IMG/VR virus record: IMGVR_UViG_3300047409_000364
Location: 1,588-65,587 of that record
Direction: 5' to 3' (one strand)
Length of the DNA stretch: 64,000 nucleotides
Source: a virus
Taxonomy: Duplodnaviria > Caudoviricetes
Positions 40,144-48,432 of the stretch are shown one piece after another (within the stretch, counting starts at the first letter, position 1; every line of letters starts with the position of its first letter). Below the pieces are notes generated by a model. The model was given only the letters and a program-made list of their open reading frames with translations. It had not been told where the DNA came from and did no database searches. Both the position numbers and the translations under genes were made by a program.

Positions 40144-40219
40144 TGGCGGTCCTTTCGGTTGGATGCGGGAGCGCATCGCACTAGCGCCAGGGTGAACCGG
40201 CGCTAGGTCGCTGCGTTGC
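40144..40219 (-). ncRNA. Repeated intergenic two-hairpin element, copy B
   Basis: CAGCGAC-CTAGCGCC/GGCGCTAG-TGC-GATGCG/CGCATC-CAACCGAAAGG. Confidence 0.7.
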
Positions 40220-41005
40220 CTACAGGAACAGGGCGGGTTGAGCCGGGGCGGCCTCGGCCTTGACCGGGGCGGGGGTGGTATCCAAGTCGAGGGCGCGGCC
40301 GGTCACGGTCGGGGCTGCGATCTCGGCGGCCGGGGTGTCGAGATCAAGGAAAGCCGTGCGGCTCTCCGTGATGGCGCGCAGGGCGCGTTGGTCAATCTCG
40401 ACGGCCGCTGCCTCGCCTGCCTTGACGATATTCCGGGCGGCGTCCCTGGCGGTGCTGATAGCCTTCTCAAGGCGCTCGGATGCCTCGGGGGTAATCATGC
40501 TGCCGAGTGCCTTGGCGCGCTTGGCTGCGTCCCTGATGGTCTCCACATCGAGGTTTCGGACTCCCTGCTCCATCCGGTTGAGGAGGTCCGACACTTCGGA
40601 ATTGATGGCGCGGACTGCCTCCACGTCATCCTGGGCGATGCGGCCTGCTATCACGTAAACCTGGACCCGAGTCAGGGTCGCGCGGCTGTTGAAGTCGTCG
40701 GCCAGGGCGCGAGCCTCGGCAATCGCCTTGTCCAGCTTGTCGGCGTTGGTGTTCGGGCAGAGCAAGCCAAAGCTGCTAGCGGCGCAGCAACGGGCAATGA
40801 GGGTGCGCGCCATGCTGCGAACCTTGCCCGCTTCCTCGTATTCGGCGGGGTCGGTGATCGTGCGCTCGGTCTCCCATTTGGCACGGCGCGCGCCGTCGTC
40901 CGTGGTGTGTTCGGTTTCGATGTCGCGGCGAATATAGTTCGCGTTGCCCGTGACTCTGGTATTCAGCGATACCAGCAAGCCGGGGCGGAGTGTCGTTACG
41001 GTCAT
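40220..41005 (-). CDS. Helical hypothetical protein downstream of the AAA ATPase
   Basis: MTVTTLRPGLLVSL..., SSFGLLCP, RTAFLDLD; GAAGGG RBS. Confidence 0.75.
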   Translation of the reverse strand: MTVTTLRPGLLVSLNTRVTGNANYIRRDIETEHTTDDGARRAKWETERTITDPAEYEEAGKVRSMARTLIARCCAASSFGLLCPNTNADKLDKAIAEARALADDFNSRATLTRVQVYVIAGRIAQDDVEAVRAINSEVSDLLNRMEQGVRNLDVETIRDAAKRAKALGSMITPEASERLEKAISTARDAARNIVKAGEAAAVEIDQRALRAITESRTAFLDLDTPAAEIAAPTVTGRALDLDTTPAPVKAEAAPAQPALFL

Positions 41006-41082
41006 TTGTCGATTCCCTTCGTTGTCCAGCGTGAGCGCTGGGGAATGGGGACGCCAATGGCGCGTCCCCATGGTCGCAAAGC
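41006..41082 (-). ncRNA. Repeated intergenic two-hairpin element, copy C (covarying stems)
   Basis: TGCGACC-ATGGGGACGC/GCGTCCCCAT-TCC-CCAGCG/CGCTGG-ACAACGAAGGG. Confidence 0.65.
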
Positions 41083-42663
41083 TCACAAGTCGATGGCGCG
41101 TCCCTTGGGCTGAGTGCTGGCCTTGTCGGCCGTGGTGGCGGAGCGGGCGCGCCCCACAGCCCATTGGCGCAGCTTGGCGATCTTCTCGGCGGCGGTCTTG
41201 GCCAGGGGGACGACCGTACCAGCGGCCGCGATTAAGTCGTCCGTGGTGATCTCGCGGGCGTTGTCGGCAAAAGCCGCATACATGGCGTCCGGGACGATAG
41301 CGGCGATTTCTGAGCCGGTGAAACCGTCGCAAGCTGTGGCTACGATCTCTAGACCGTTGACGGTAGCGCCCTTGCGGGCGTGGCTGCGCAGCGCGGCCTT
41401 TAGGATGTCGGCGCGCTCTTGGGCGTTGGGTAGATCGACGAAGAACACTTCGTCGAAACGTCCCTTCCGCAGCAGCTCGGGTGGGAGCGCTGATACGTCG
41501 TTAGACGTTGCGACCACGAATGCTTGGCCTTGGCGTTCTTGCATCCAAGATAGGATGGCGCCTAGCGCATCGCTGCTAACTCCACCGTCTGCGGCTCCCT
41601 GGGTGGCACCTGCCAGGGCCTTTTCGATCTCGTCCAGCCATACGACGCAACGGCCGATAGCCTCTATGACGGCAAAGGCCTTGCGCAGATTGCCCTCGCT
41701 CTCGCCCACGAATTTAGATTTAAGCGCGCCCAGGTCGAGCCGTAGCAGGGGCACGCCCCATGCCGTGGCGATCGCCTTGGCCGTGAGGCTCTTGCCACAT
41801 CCGGGGACGCCAACCAGGAGCGCGCCTTTCGGGGCGGGCAAGCCATAGGCGCGAGCCTGCGGGCTATATGCGCTCTTGCGGCTGGCGAGCCATGCTTTGA
41901 GTTGGTCCAGTCCTCCCACGGCGTCCATGCCACCTGGAAGCGGGTCGAACCATTCGATTACGCGCTCGCGGGCAATGACTCGCTTTTTCTCCTTGGCTAC
42001 GGTCGCGGGTTCGATGGTGCGTGTCTGCACCAGGGAACGGGCATAGCAGGCGGCCGCCTCTTCGCCGGTCAATCCCACGGCCGCGTCGATGGCCGACTCG
42101 CGTGTACCATTCGGGGCCGCTGTCGCCTGCATTTCCTCCGGGAGGGACGCAATGGCGGCGTCGAGTATTGACGCGATTTCCTCGCGGTCTGGAAGCGTCC
42201 ATTCAATCACGGTGGCGTGTCCAGCGAGTTCGGCGGGGACGTTGGCAGTGGGTGAGAGTATGATAACGGCCTGGGCGCGGTCCCTTGGGGTTGATGGCAG
42301 GATGCGAGCAAGGTTGCGCAGGGCGCGGCAGGTAGCAGCCCCGCTGATACCGTCCAGCCACACCGGCAGATCGCGCATGATCCAGACTCCACGGTCGCTG
42401 CCATTGCTGGCGCGGGCTGAAATGACTCTAAGCGCTTCGCCTGGGTCTTGCGCGTCCGGCTGCGAGCCTGGGCGCGGGCCGCTGATCTCGGCTACGCCCT
42501 GGGCCACATCCCAAGTCCGGGCGATGAATCCAGCGCTCGCCGCTGCCTCAAATAGGTGGCTCTCGACTCGCGCTTCCTCGCGCGAAACAATCCAGAGCAG
42601 CGGATTGCGAGCACGCAATAGCGCGCTCACATCGGCTGCCAGGAGTTGAGATCGTGTTTGCAT
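41083..42663 (-). CDS. Ycf46-like AAA+ ATPase
   Basis: LLRARNPLLWIVSREEAR degenerate N-domain; VGGLDQLKAWL; GVPGCGKS; VVWLDEIEK; PPELLRKGRFDEVFFVDLP. Confidence 0.9.
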   Translation of the reverse strand: MQTRSQLLAADVSALLRARNPLLWIVSREEARVESHLFEAAASAGFIARTWDVAQGVAEISGPRPGSQPDAQDPGEALRVISARASNGSDRGVWIMRDLPVWLDGISGAATCRALRNLARILPSTPRDRAQAVIILSPTANVPAELAGHATVIEWTLPDREEIASILDAAIASLPEEMQATAAPNGTRESAIDAAVGLTGEEAAACYARSLVQTRTIEPATVAKEKKRVIARERVIEWFDPLPGGMDAVGGLDQLKAWLASRKSAYSPQARAYGLPAPKGALLVGVPGCGKSLTAKAIATAWGVPLLRLDLGALKSKFVGESEGNLRKAFAVIEAIGRCVVWLDEIEKALAGATQGAADGGVSSDALGAILSWMQERQGQAFVVATSNDVSALPPELLRKGRFDEVFFVDLPNAQERADILKAALRSHARKGATVNGLEIVATACDGFTGSEIAAIVPDAMYAAFADNAREITTDDLIAAAGTVVPLAKTAAEKIAKLRQWAVGRARSATTADKASTQPKGRAIDL

Positions 42664-42735
42664 TGTCTGTCCCTTCGTTGGTTATGATGCTGAGCGCATC
42701 GCACACGGTCCCCAGTGGGGGCCGTGGTCGCTGGG
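42664..42735 (-). ncRNA. Repeated intergenic two-hairpin element, copy D
   Basis: CAGCGAC-CACGGCCCC/GGGGACCGTG-TGC-GATGC/GCATC-..CAACGAAGGG. Confidence 0.7.
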
Positions 42736-42867
42736 CTAGCGGGCGAATTCAATGCAAACGACAACGCCAGTGCGGCGGTAGATTTCATTCGCGACCTTCA
42801 CGGCCTGCAAATAGGTGAAGCGCTTGCCACGGCCTGCGACGGTGAAAAGCTGCTTTGTCTGTGCCAT
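42736..42867 (-). CDS. Small first gene of the leftward early operon
   Basis: GGAG RBS before MAQTKQLFTV; the true start may lie further upstream. Confidence 0.45.
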   Translation of the reverse strand: MAQTKQLFTVAGRGKRFTYLQAVKVANEIYRRTGVVVCIEFAR

Positions 42868-42992
42868 CTGAGGGACTCCATCGGCCAGCGGGATTGCGGC
42901 CCAAGGTGTCCCGTACACGAGAGACTCTTGTGCGTCGCCGTGACCGATTGTCGCAGGCTGTTTAACGTTGATTTGGCTACCTTTTAGGGCCA

Positions 42993-43571
42993 TTGTGGCG
43001 CGTGTCCTCCGCTCCCAAGCTTTTCGCAATCTATGGTCTGTATTGTCCTGAGACCGGGGCGCTGCGATATGTCGGCATGTCGGCGCGCCCATTGGATCGG
43101 CTGCGGCGTCATATGCGGCCAGCGCTTGAAGCCATGCGCTTGCCCGTCTCGCGTTGGTGTCGCGACCTTGTGGCCAAGGGCCTAGCGCCTCGCATGGAAG
43201 TGTTTACTTGGGCGCGTGACTGGGAAACGGCGGAGCGGCGCATAATCGCGGCTCATCGCAAAGCGGGTGCGCCTCTGCTCAACGTGGCGCGGGGTGGTGT
43301 CGATATTCCAGCCAACCGGGGCAAAGCACGCGGTCTATCCACGCCCCATTGGCGCAAGATCGTGGGTCACTTCGTTTGGGCTATTGGCATGGTGAGCGAG
43401 CCATACAAGCATATTTACCGCGATCTATTGCGCGCCACAGGCCGCGTCCGTCGCGCTATCCTCCTCAAGTTCGGCCCGGACGCCTTAGCCTTCTATGACA
43501 AGGCGTTTCACGCCCAAGTCGTCCTACGCCAGCCCCTAGCGTGGCGGCCATTGCCCGGCTTCTTCCTCTAG
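42993..43571 (+). CDS. GIY-YIG family endonuclease
   Basis: AIYGLYCPETGALRYVGMS..P..RLRRH, ERRII...LLNVARGG. Confidence 0.7.
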   Translation: MWRVSSAPKLFAIYGLYCPETGALRYVGMSARPLDRLRRHMRPALEAMRLPVSRWCRDLVAKGLAPRMEVFTWARDWETAERRIIAAHRKAGAPLLNVARGGVDIPANRGKARGLSTPHWRKIVGHFVWAIGMVSEPYKHIYRDLLRATGRVRRAILLKFGPDALAFYDKAFHAQVVLRQPLAWRPLPGFFL

Positions 43572-43587
43572 TCCATCATTGCGCCTT

Positions 43588-44088
43588 ATGGCAGCTACAG
43601 CACTCGGCAATCGCAAGCGCCACATCAAGCACGAGCCGATGCTTCCCGTAGCCCAGCGCACCGGGCCAGGGCGCAAGAGCCTATATAAACCCGAGTATTG
43701 CGACATTGCCGTAACACTCGGAAAACAAGGCAAGTCCGTCTCCCAAATAGCGTTAATCCTCAACGTTGACCGCGCCAGCATTAATAGGTGGGCGGCTGAC
43801 AATGAAGAATTCGCGCTTGCCCTATCGCGCGCGAAGACATTTGAGCAAGCGTGGTGGGAGAAGAAAGCCCAGACATCACTGGGGCGTAAGCATTTCCAAG
43901 CGCAGCTATGGCGTCATTCTGTGGCTGGTCGCTTTGATGATTACCGCGAGCAACGCGACGCTGGTGCGAGCAATGCCTTTGACCTAGGCGCATTCGTTGG
44001 CGCGCTAGCCCAGGCGCTACAGGCTCCGGGCGACAAGGCAAAGCCGACAAACGTACTAGATGTGGTGCCAGACAAGCCGAAAGGCTAA
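43588..44088 (+). CDS. terS: Terminase small subunit
   Basis: GRKSLYKPEYC...GKSVSQIALILNVDRASINRWA.DNEEF..AL...QAWWE. Confidence 0.8.
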   Translation: MAATALGNRKRHIKHEPMLPVAQRTGPGRKSLYKPEYCDIAVTLGKQGKSVSQIALILNVDRASINRWAADNEEFALALSRAKTFEQAWWEKKAQTSLGRKHFQAQLWRHSVAGRFDDYREQRDAGASNAFDLGAFVGALAQALQAPGDKAKPTNVLDVVPDKPKG

Positions 44089-44375
44089 TGTTACAGAGTG
44101 CAAGTATAGCTAAGTGCTTGCGGCGCAAGGCATAACGGGCCGCTACCGTTATAATTGATATTATGACAAATAGACTCAGGCCAGCAGCGCGCGTGCTTGC
44201 GGTGTGGGAGATTGCGCGAGGGAAGGCCGCCGCTCGCAATCAGGCCGCCGCAGATCGACTTCGGGGGGCCGCCGCCGCCAAGCCCGAGGCCGTAACCTGC
44301 CTTCTCTCACAGCTCTCGAGTAATTTCTGTAAAAAATATATAGGAAACTAATTTAGCATATGCCATATATTAAAC

Positions 44376-44840
44376 ATGGCGGGTGTGAGGCTGTGTCCGC
44401 GGTGCGGGAAGAATTTGGCGCTGGTTGGTGTGGCGCATAACTGTGTTTCGCGGGCGGGAGGTCGGGATGGTGGATCGGTGGGACGTTCCGTCTCTGGCGC
44501 GGGTTCTCGAGATGGCGATCGTGGAGGGCCATCGGGCGTCGCGAGTAGAGGGGTTCGGCCGAACGCCGATCGACCGGCTTCATCTCGCGGTACTGCTGGC
44601 GGCGGCAAGGACGGTGCTCGAGGGGATGGTTCCTCCGGAACTCACGCCGGAGCAGGCAAAGTTCAAGGCGGTTCTGGAGGAGCTAAGAAACCCGGTCGAC
44701 CGAAGGGGCCGGACAGGCGGGCTGTCCTCGTCGAGCTGGAGTTGGGACTGATGGCGAAGCTGGACGCTTGGGCGTCGGCGCGGGGTCACAGGCGGTCCGC
44801 GGCGATTCGGGTGCTGTTGGAGGAGGGTCTGAGGAAATGA
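44376..44840 (+). CDS. Zn-ribbon plus ribbon-helix-helix DNA-binding protein
   Basis: CPRCGKNL.LVG.AHNC N-terminus; GRPK...LDAWA...RSAAIRVLLEEGL C-terminus. Confidence 0.6.
   Translation: MAGVRLCPRCGKNLALVGVAHNCVSRAGGRDGGSVGRSVSGAGSRDGDRGGPSGVASRGVRPNADRPASSRGTAGGGKDGARGDGSSGTHAGAGKVQGGSGGAKKPGRPKGPDRRAVLVELELGLMAKLDAWASARGHRRSAAIRVLLEEGLRK
44467..44751 (+). CDS. Nested +1-frame protein (94 aa)
   Basis: GGAGG RBS 5 nt before ATG; helical protein-like composition. Confidence 0.45.
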   Translation: MVDRWDVPSLARVLEMAIVEGHRASRVEGFGRTPIDRLHLAVLLAAARTVLEGMVPPELTPEQAKFKAVLEELRNPVDRRGRTGGLSSSSWSWD

Positions 44841-45218
44841 GGGCCGACAATCTCGCGCGGGTCTTGCTGTTCATAGCCGGGGTTTCCTTCGCCCTATCGA
44901 CGGCGGGAGCCAACATGGTTTTTCTGACGGGGCCGGACCGGCCGCTGTCGTGGCTGTTTGGCTGCGCCGGTGGTCTTGCATTGGGTCTGGCGGCGTCGCA
45001 GTGGAAGGGGCTGAAATGAGGTTCCGGGCGGGTCGCTATGTCGCCGTGGTGTTTCCTCGGGCGCAGGACGGCCAGGCGACGCGGCTCGTGCAGCTTCACC
45101 GGGGTGGGGGCGATGAGCAGGCGGCGGAGATGGCCGTCGATCTCGAGGACCTGGCGGATCTCCGGTATCTGATCGGGCGAGCGATCGCGGCGCACCGCGG
45201 GGATGAGGAGGGTCTGAA

Positions 45219-46265
45219 ATGAGCCGACTTCGGGCGCTGCGCAGCGGGGTGCTGACGGAGTTCGAGTTCGAGAACATGGGCGAGGTTCGGCCCGGCATCT
45301 TCCGGTCGCGCTTCGAGGTTCTTGGCGGCTGGGCTCGCTCGGACAGCCAGTCCGCAGATCCCGACCGCCGGTTGGCGAAGGACATGATGGTCATGGCGCT
45401 GAACGGCTACAGCACGGCGAGCTTGGAAGTCTTCGAAAACGGCGGCTGGTCGCAACTGGGGAGAGCGAGTATGAGCGGGATAGGCGGGCCGCATCTGACT
45501 GGGGTTAGCGGGTTTGGCCCGGTGGGCCCCGCGGGAATTATGATGGGGCCCGCCGTGCCCCCGCCCTCGTCGTTCCACGCATGGATGCGGCCCGATCCTC
45601 GGGTGCCCGACACGCTGGGCTGGCGGGAATGGCTCTGGAACGGGGAGAGGCTGCGCAGCCCGGTGCGGTCTACCTTCTGGCCGACGGCCGAGCTCACCGC
45701 CGAGACCTGGACCGACGAGGGCGGCGTCCGGGGCGAGGTCGGCATCCACGCCCATCTCGTGCCCAGGCACTGGAAGGTCGTCAGCGAGCTTGGCTCGGAC
45801 AGCACCGTGCGGGTGGCCGGCATCGTCGAGCGCTTCGGGCGCTATGTCCTTGGGACCGAGGGCTGGCGCGCCGAGCAGGCGGTGATCCGCGAGCTCATGG
45901 CGCCGTCGACCGAAATCGGCCTGGCGCTCGAACAGGCCTACCCCGACGTGATCGTCCACTACCCCGATCAAACCGACGAAGGAGAATTCAAATGGACATC
46001 GGAAAAATCGTCCGAGTTGGAGAGAGGGAGCCGATCCCTGCTGCCGTCGAGCCGCGCCGCACCGGCGCCCCCTCCGCCCCCGGACCGGAACCAGATCGTC
46101 GCGATCGCGCCCCTGGGCACGACGCTGACGTTCCCGAGCCACTTCACCCTGACCTCGTCCCCGCCTGAGCCGGTCACCATGACGGTGCCGAGGGCGGGTG
46201 CGCTGGTATTCGGCGTCCTGGCGACCTCGGCGCTTCTCTGTTGGCTGATCGGGCTGCCGTCGTGA
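45219..46265 (+). CDS. Hypothetical protein with C-terminal TM segment
   Basis: GWREWLW...LRSP...GIHA...VAGIVERFG...GWRAEQA core. Confidence 0.6.
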   Translation: MSRLRALRSGVLTEFEFENMGEVRPGIFRSRFEVLGGWARSDSQSADPDRRLAKDMMVMALNGYSTASLEVFENGGWSQLGRASMSGIGGPHLTGVSGFGPVGPAGIMMGPAVPPPSSFHAWMRPDPRVPDTLGWREWLWNGERLRSPVRSTFWPTAELTAETWTDEGGVRGEVGIHAHLVPRHWKVVSELGSDSTVRVAGIVERFGRYVLGTEGWRAEQAVIRELMAPSTEIGLALEQAYPDVIVHYPDQTDEGEFKWTSEKSSELERGSRSLLPSSRAAPAPPPPPDRNQIVAIAPLGTTLTFPSHFTLTSSPPEPVTMTVPRAGALVFGVLATSALLCWLIGLPS

Positions 46266-47148
46266 GTGCTTCACATGAAACAATGCAAGACGCCGATAGG
46301 CTGCGCGAGGCGATTGCGCGCTGCCGCCGCCGCATTGGTCCGCGAGACAGGTGGTCGGCCGTAACCGAGGTGGGCACCCTTGAGCTTGAGGACATCATCG
46401 CGGCCGCCGAGAAGACGCTGCCGCCCAGGGTCCGCTACCACGTTTCGTCCAACAGCGTGCCGTCGGGGATGTACCTCGACTCGCTGGAAGAGGCGGTCGG
46501 CGCGGTGAAGTATTTCGTGCTGAACGGCAAGGTGGCGACCATGCGGCAGGTGACGGGATGAGCCCAACGGATAAGCAAGTCGCTCGGCTGCCGCGGTGGG
46601 CCCAAGCCTACATCCACGGCCTTGAAAGCCGGATCGAGCGCTCTGAAACGCCGCTGAAGATTGAGGCGGGTGTCGTCCAGGGCTTTGTCCTGACGCGGGC
46701 CGAGGTTCGATGTGCCAGGATGGTAGCCGAGTCGCAGATGCGGCGCGAGGTTGCCGACATCGTGCGCGGGCGGAAGCCATGATCCCCGAGTACGTCTACT
46801 GGCTGATCGCTGGGGCGGCCCTTGTCGTCATCTACCTCGTGATCCGGAGCCGGCCGCGATGAGCGATCTCGGCGTTCTGTTCGTTTGTATAGCGGCAATC
46901 GTAATCGCGTTCATCATCGCCAATGCGTGGCTGGATTCGAGGCACAAATGACCACCATCCGCTCTCTCCACAAACGCCCCGCGGTGTTCCGCCTGCCATC
47001 CTACAAGAAGGTGCATACGGTGCCGTCGATGAACTACAACGCCTCGACGTCATCGCGCCAGCGGATCGAGGACAACACCCCGGTGCTGCGCGACACCCGC
47101 GCCCTGATCGACCGCATCGACGCCTTCCTGCGCGGGACACGCCCGTGA
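46262..47148 (+). other. Cluster of small accessory ORFs
   Basis: ATGA-coupled ORFs, e.g. 46558-46782, plus several short TM peptides. Confidence 0.45.
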
Positions 47149-47228
47149 CCGGCGACGACCTCGAAACCCAGAAGCGGTACTCGACCGACCCGCGCTACCA
47201 CGACAGCTTTTCACAACAGGAGAAGACG

Positions 47229-47444
47229 ATGCACCCCTCGACCTATGAATATCTGAAGCCGACCGACGCGCAACTCGAGCAGATGGCAAAGGTTCGCGCT
47301 GCGGCGAAGGCCTACAACGACATCCTCGACGCCGAACTGCCCGACGGTCCCGACAAGACATTCGTGATCCGGGCCCATCGGTCCAACGCGATGTGGGCCA
47401 ACGTGGCGATCACACGGCTGCCCAACGGCACCCCGCGGGAGTAA
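47229..47444 (+). CDS. Acb2/Tad1-like anti-defence sponge candidate
   Basis: YEYLKPTDAQ...VRAAAK...LPDGPDK...AMWANVAITR helical-hairpin pattern; AGGAG RBS. Confidence 0.6.
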   Translation: MHPSTYEYLKPTDAQLEQMAKVRAAAKAYNDILDAELPDGPDKTFVIRAHRSNAMWANVAITRLPNGTPRE

Positions 47445-47523
47445 GCATGACCTGGGCCGACGTCTTTCCGGTGATCATGTGGCTGCTGCTGATCGTGGCC
47501 GGCCTGATGATGGTGGTTCACGG

Positions 47524-48199
47524 ATGGCGAAGGTAGCCGACCCTGAATCCGCCCGCGTCGTCAGCCTGACCGACGGGGCCAAGAACATCGGCTATAACTT
47601 GGCCCTTGCTGATCTCGCCGGTTGTGTCGCCGAGCTGATGCGCCGGCGCCGCATCGCGGGCATTACCAGCGAGAACTACTCCGCCGCCGTCAACGACATG
47701 CTCGCCATCATCCAGGCCCTCATGGCGCAGCACCGCAAGAAGTAGTAGGTTGCGCCATGCAAAGGTGGCTTACCCGGTGCCGGAGGCCTTCGCTCCGCGA
47801 ACTGGTCACGCAACTCCTACAAAAGGTGGATAAAATGGCGACAAAAGAAGAGCTCGACGCCGTGGCGACCCGTATTGCTGCCGACGTCAGCTCCGCAGTC
47901 GACGAAATCAAGGCGCTGATTGCCGGCGGCACCGGCAGCATCAACCCGGCCGACCTCGACCCGATCCTCGCCAAGCTGAGCGCCGCCGCGGACGCACTCG
48001 AGGCCGCGCCCAAGGCGCCGTGACCGTCGACCAGACAACGCGGTACCTCGATATTCTCGAGCGCCAGACCAGGGTGCTCGAGACCATCGCGGAGTATCTG
48101 GCCAAACTGGCTAACCCCCAAGTCGTGCTGCCTGAGCCGATCCCGCCACCCCACCCACCCCGCCAGGCCGTCGCCCCCGCCCGCAAGGTCAGCGCATGA
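47524..48199 (+). other. Small helical/coiled-coil ORFs (47524-47745, 47757-48023, 48020-48199)
   Basis: Contiguous coupled ORFs before TerL. Confidence 0.5.
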
Positions 48200-48432
48200 T
48201 CGACACCTCTCGCCGTAGCTTCCTGTTCGGCGCCGGTGTTGCCTTCGTGGCGGCGCCGGCGATCGTGCGTGTGGCCGCCCATCTCATGCCGGTCAGCACG
48301 AACGCGCTGGCGCCATATCCATATTCAGTGGACGACCTGGCGTTTCTGGAGGGCATGGGCCAGACCATCGAGCAGACGATCTGGTATGGCAATCCAGACG
48401 TCCTGCCGGTCCGCTACAGCGGCTTCGCATGA
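48196..48432 (+). CDS. Twin-arginine-signal-like peptide fused to a major capsid protein fragment
   Basis: SRRSFL leader; DDLAFLEGMGQTIEQTIWYGN versus MCP EDVAFIEGMGQTIEETCWYGN; ATGA-coupled at both ends. Confidence 0.75.
   Translation: MIDTSRRSFLFGAGVAFVAAPAIVRVAAHLMPVSTNALAPYPYSVDDLAFLEGMGQTIEQTIWYGNPDVLPVRYSGFA

Noticed and set aside
39411-42735. Repeated element as a hammerhead ribozyme or intrinsic terminator
   Set aside because: No CUGANGA core and no U-tract after either stem on the coding strand.
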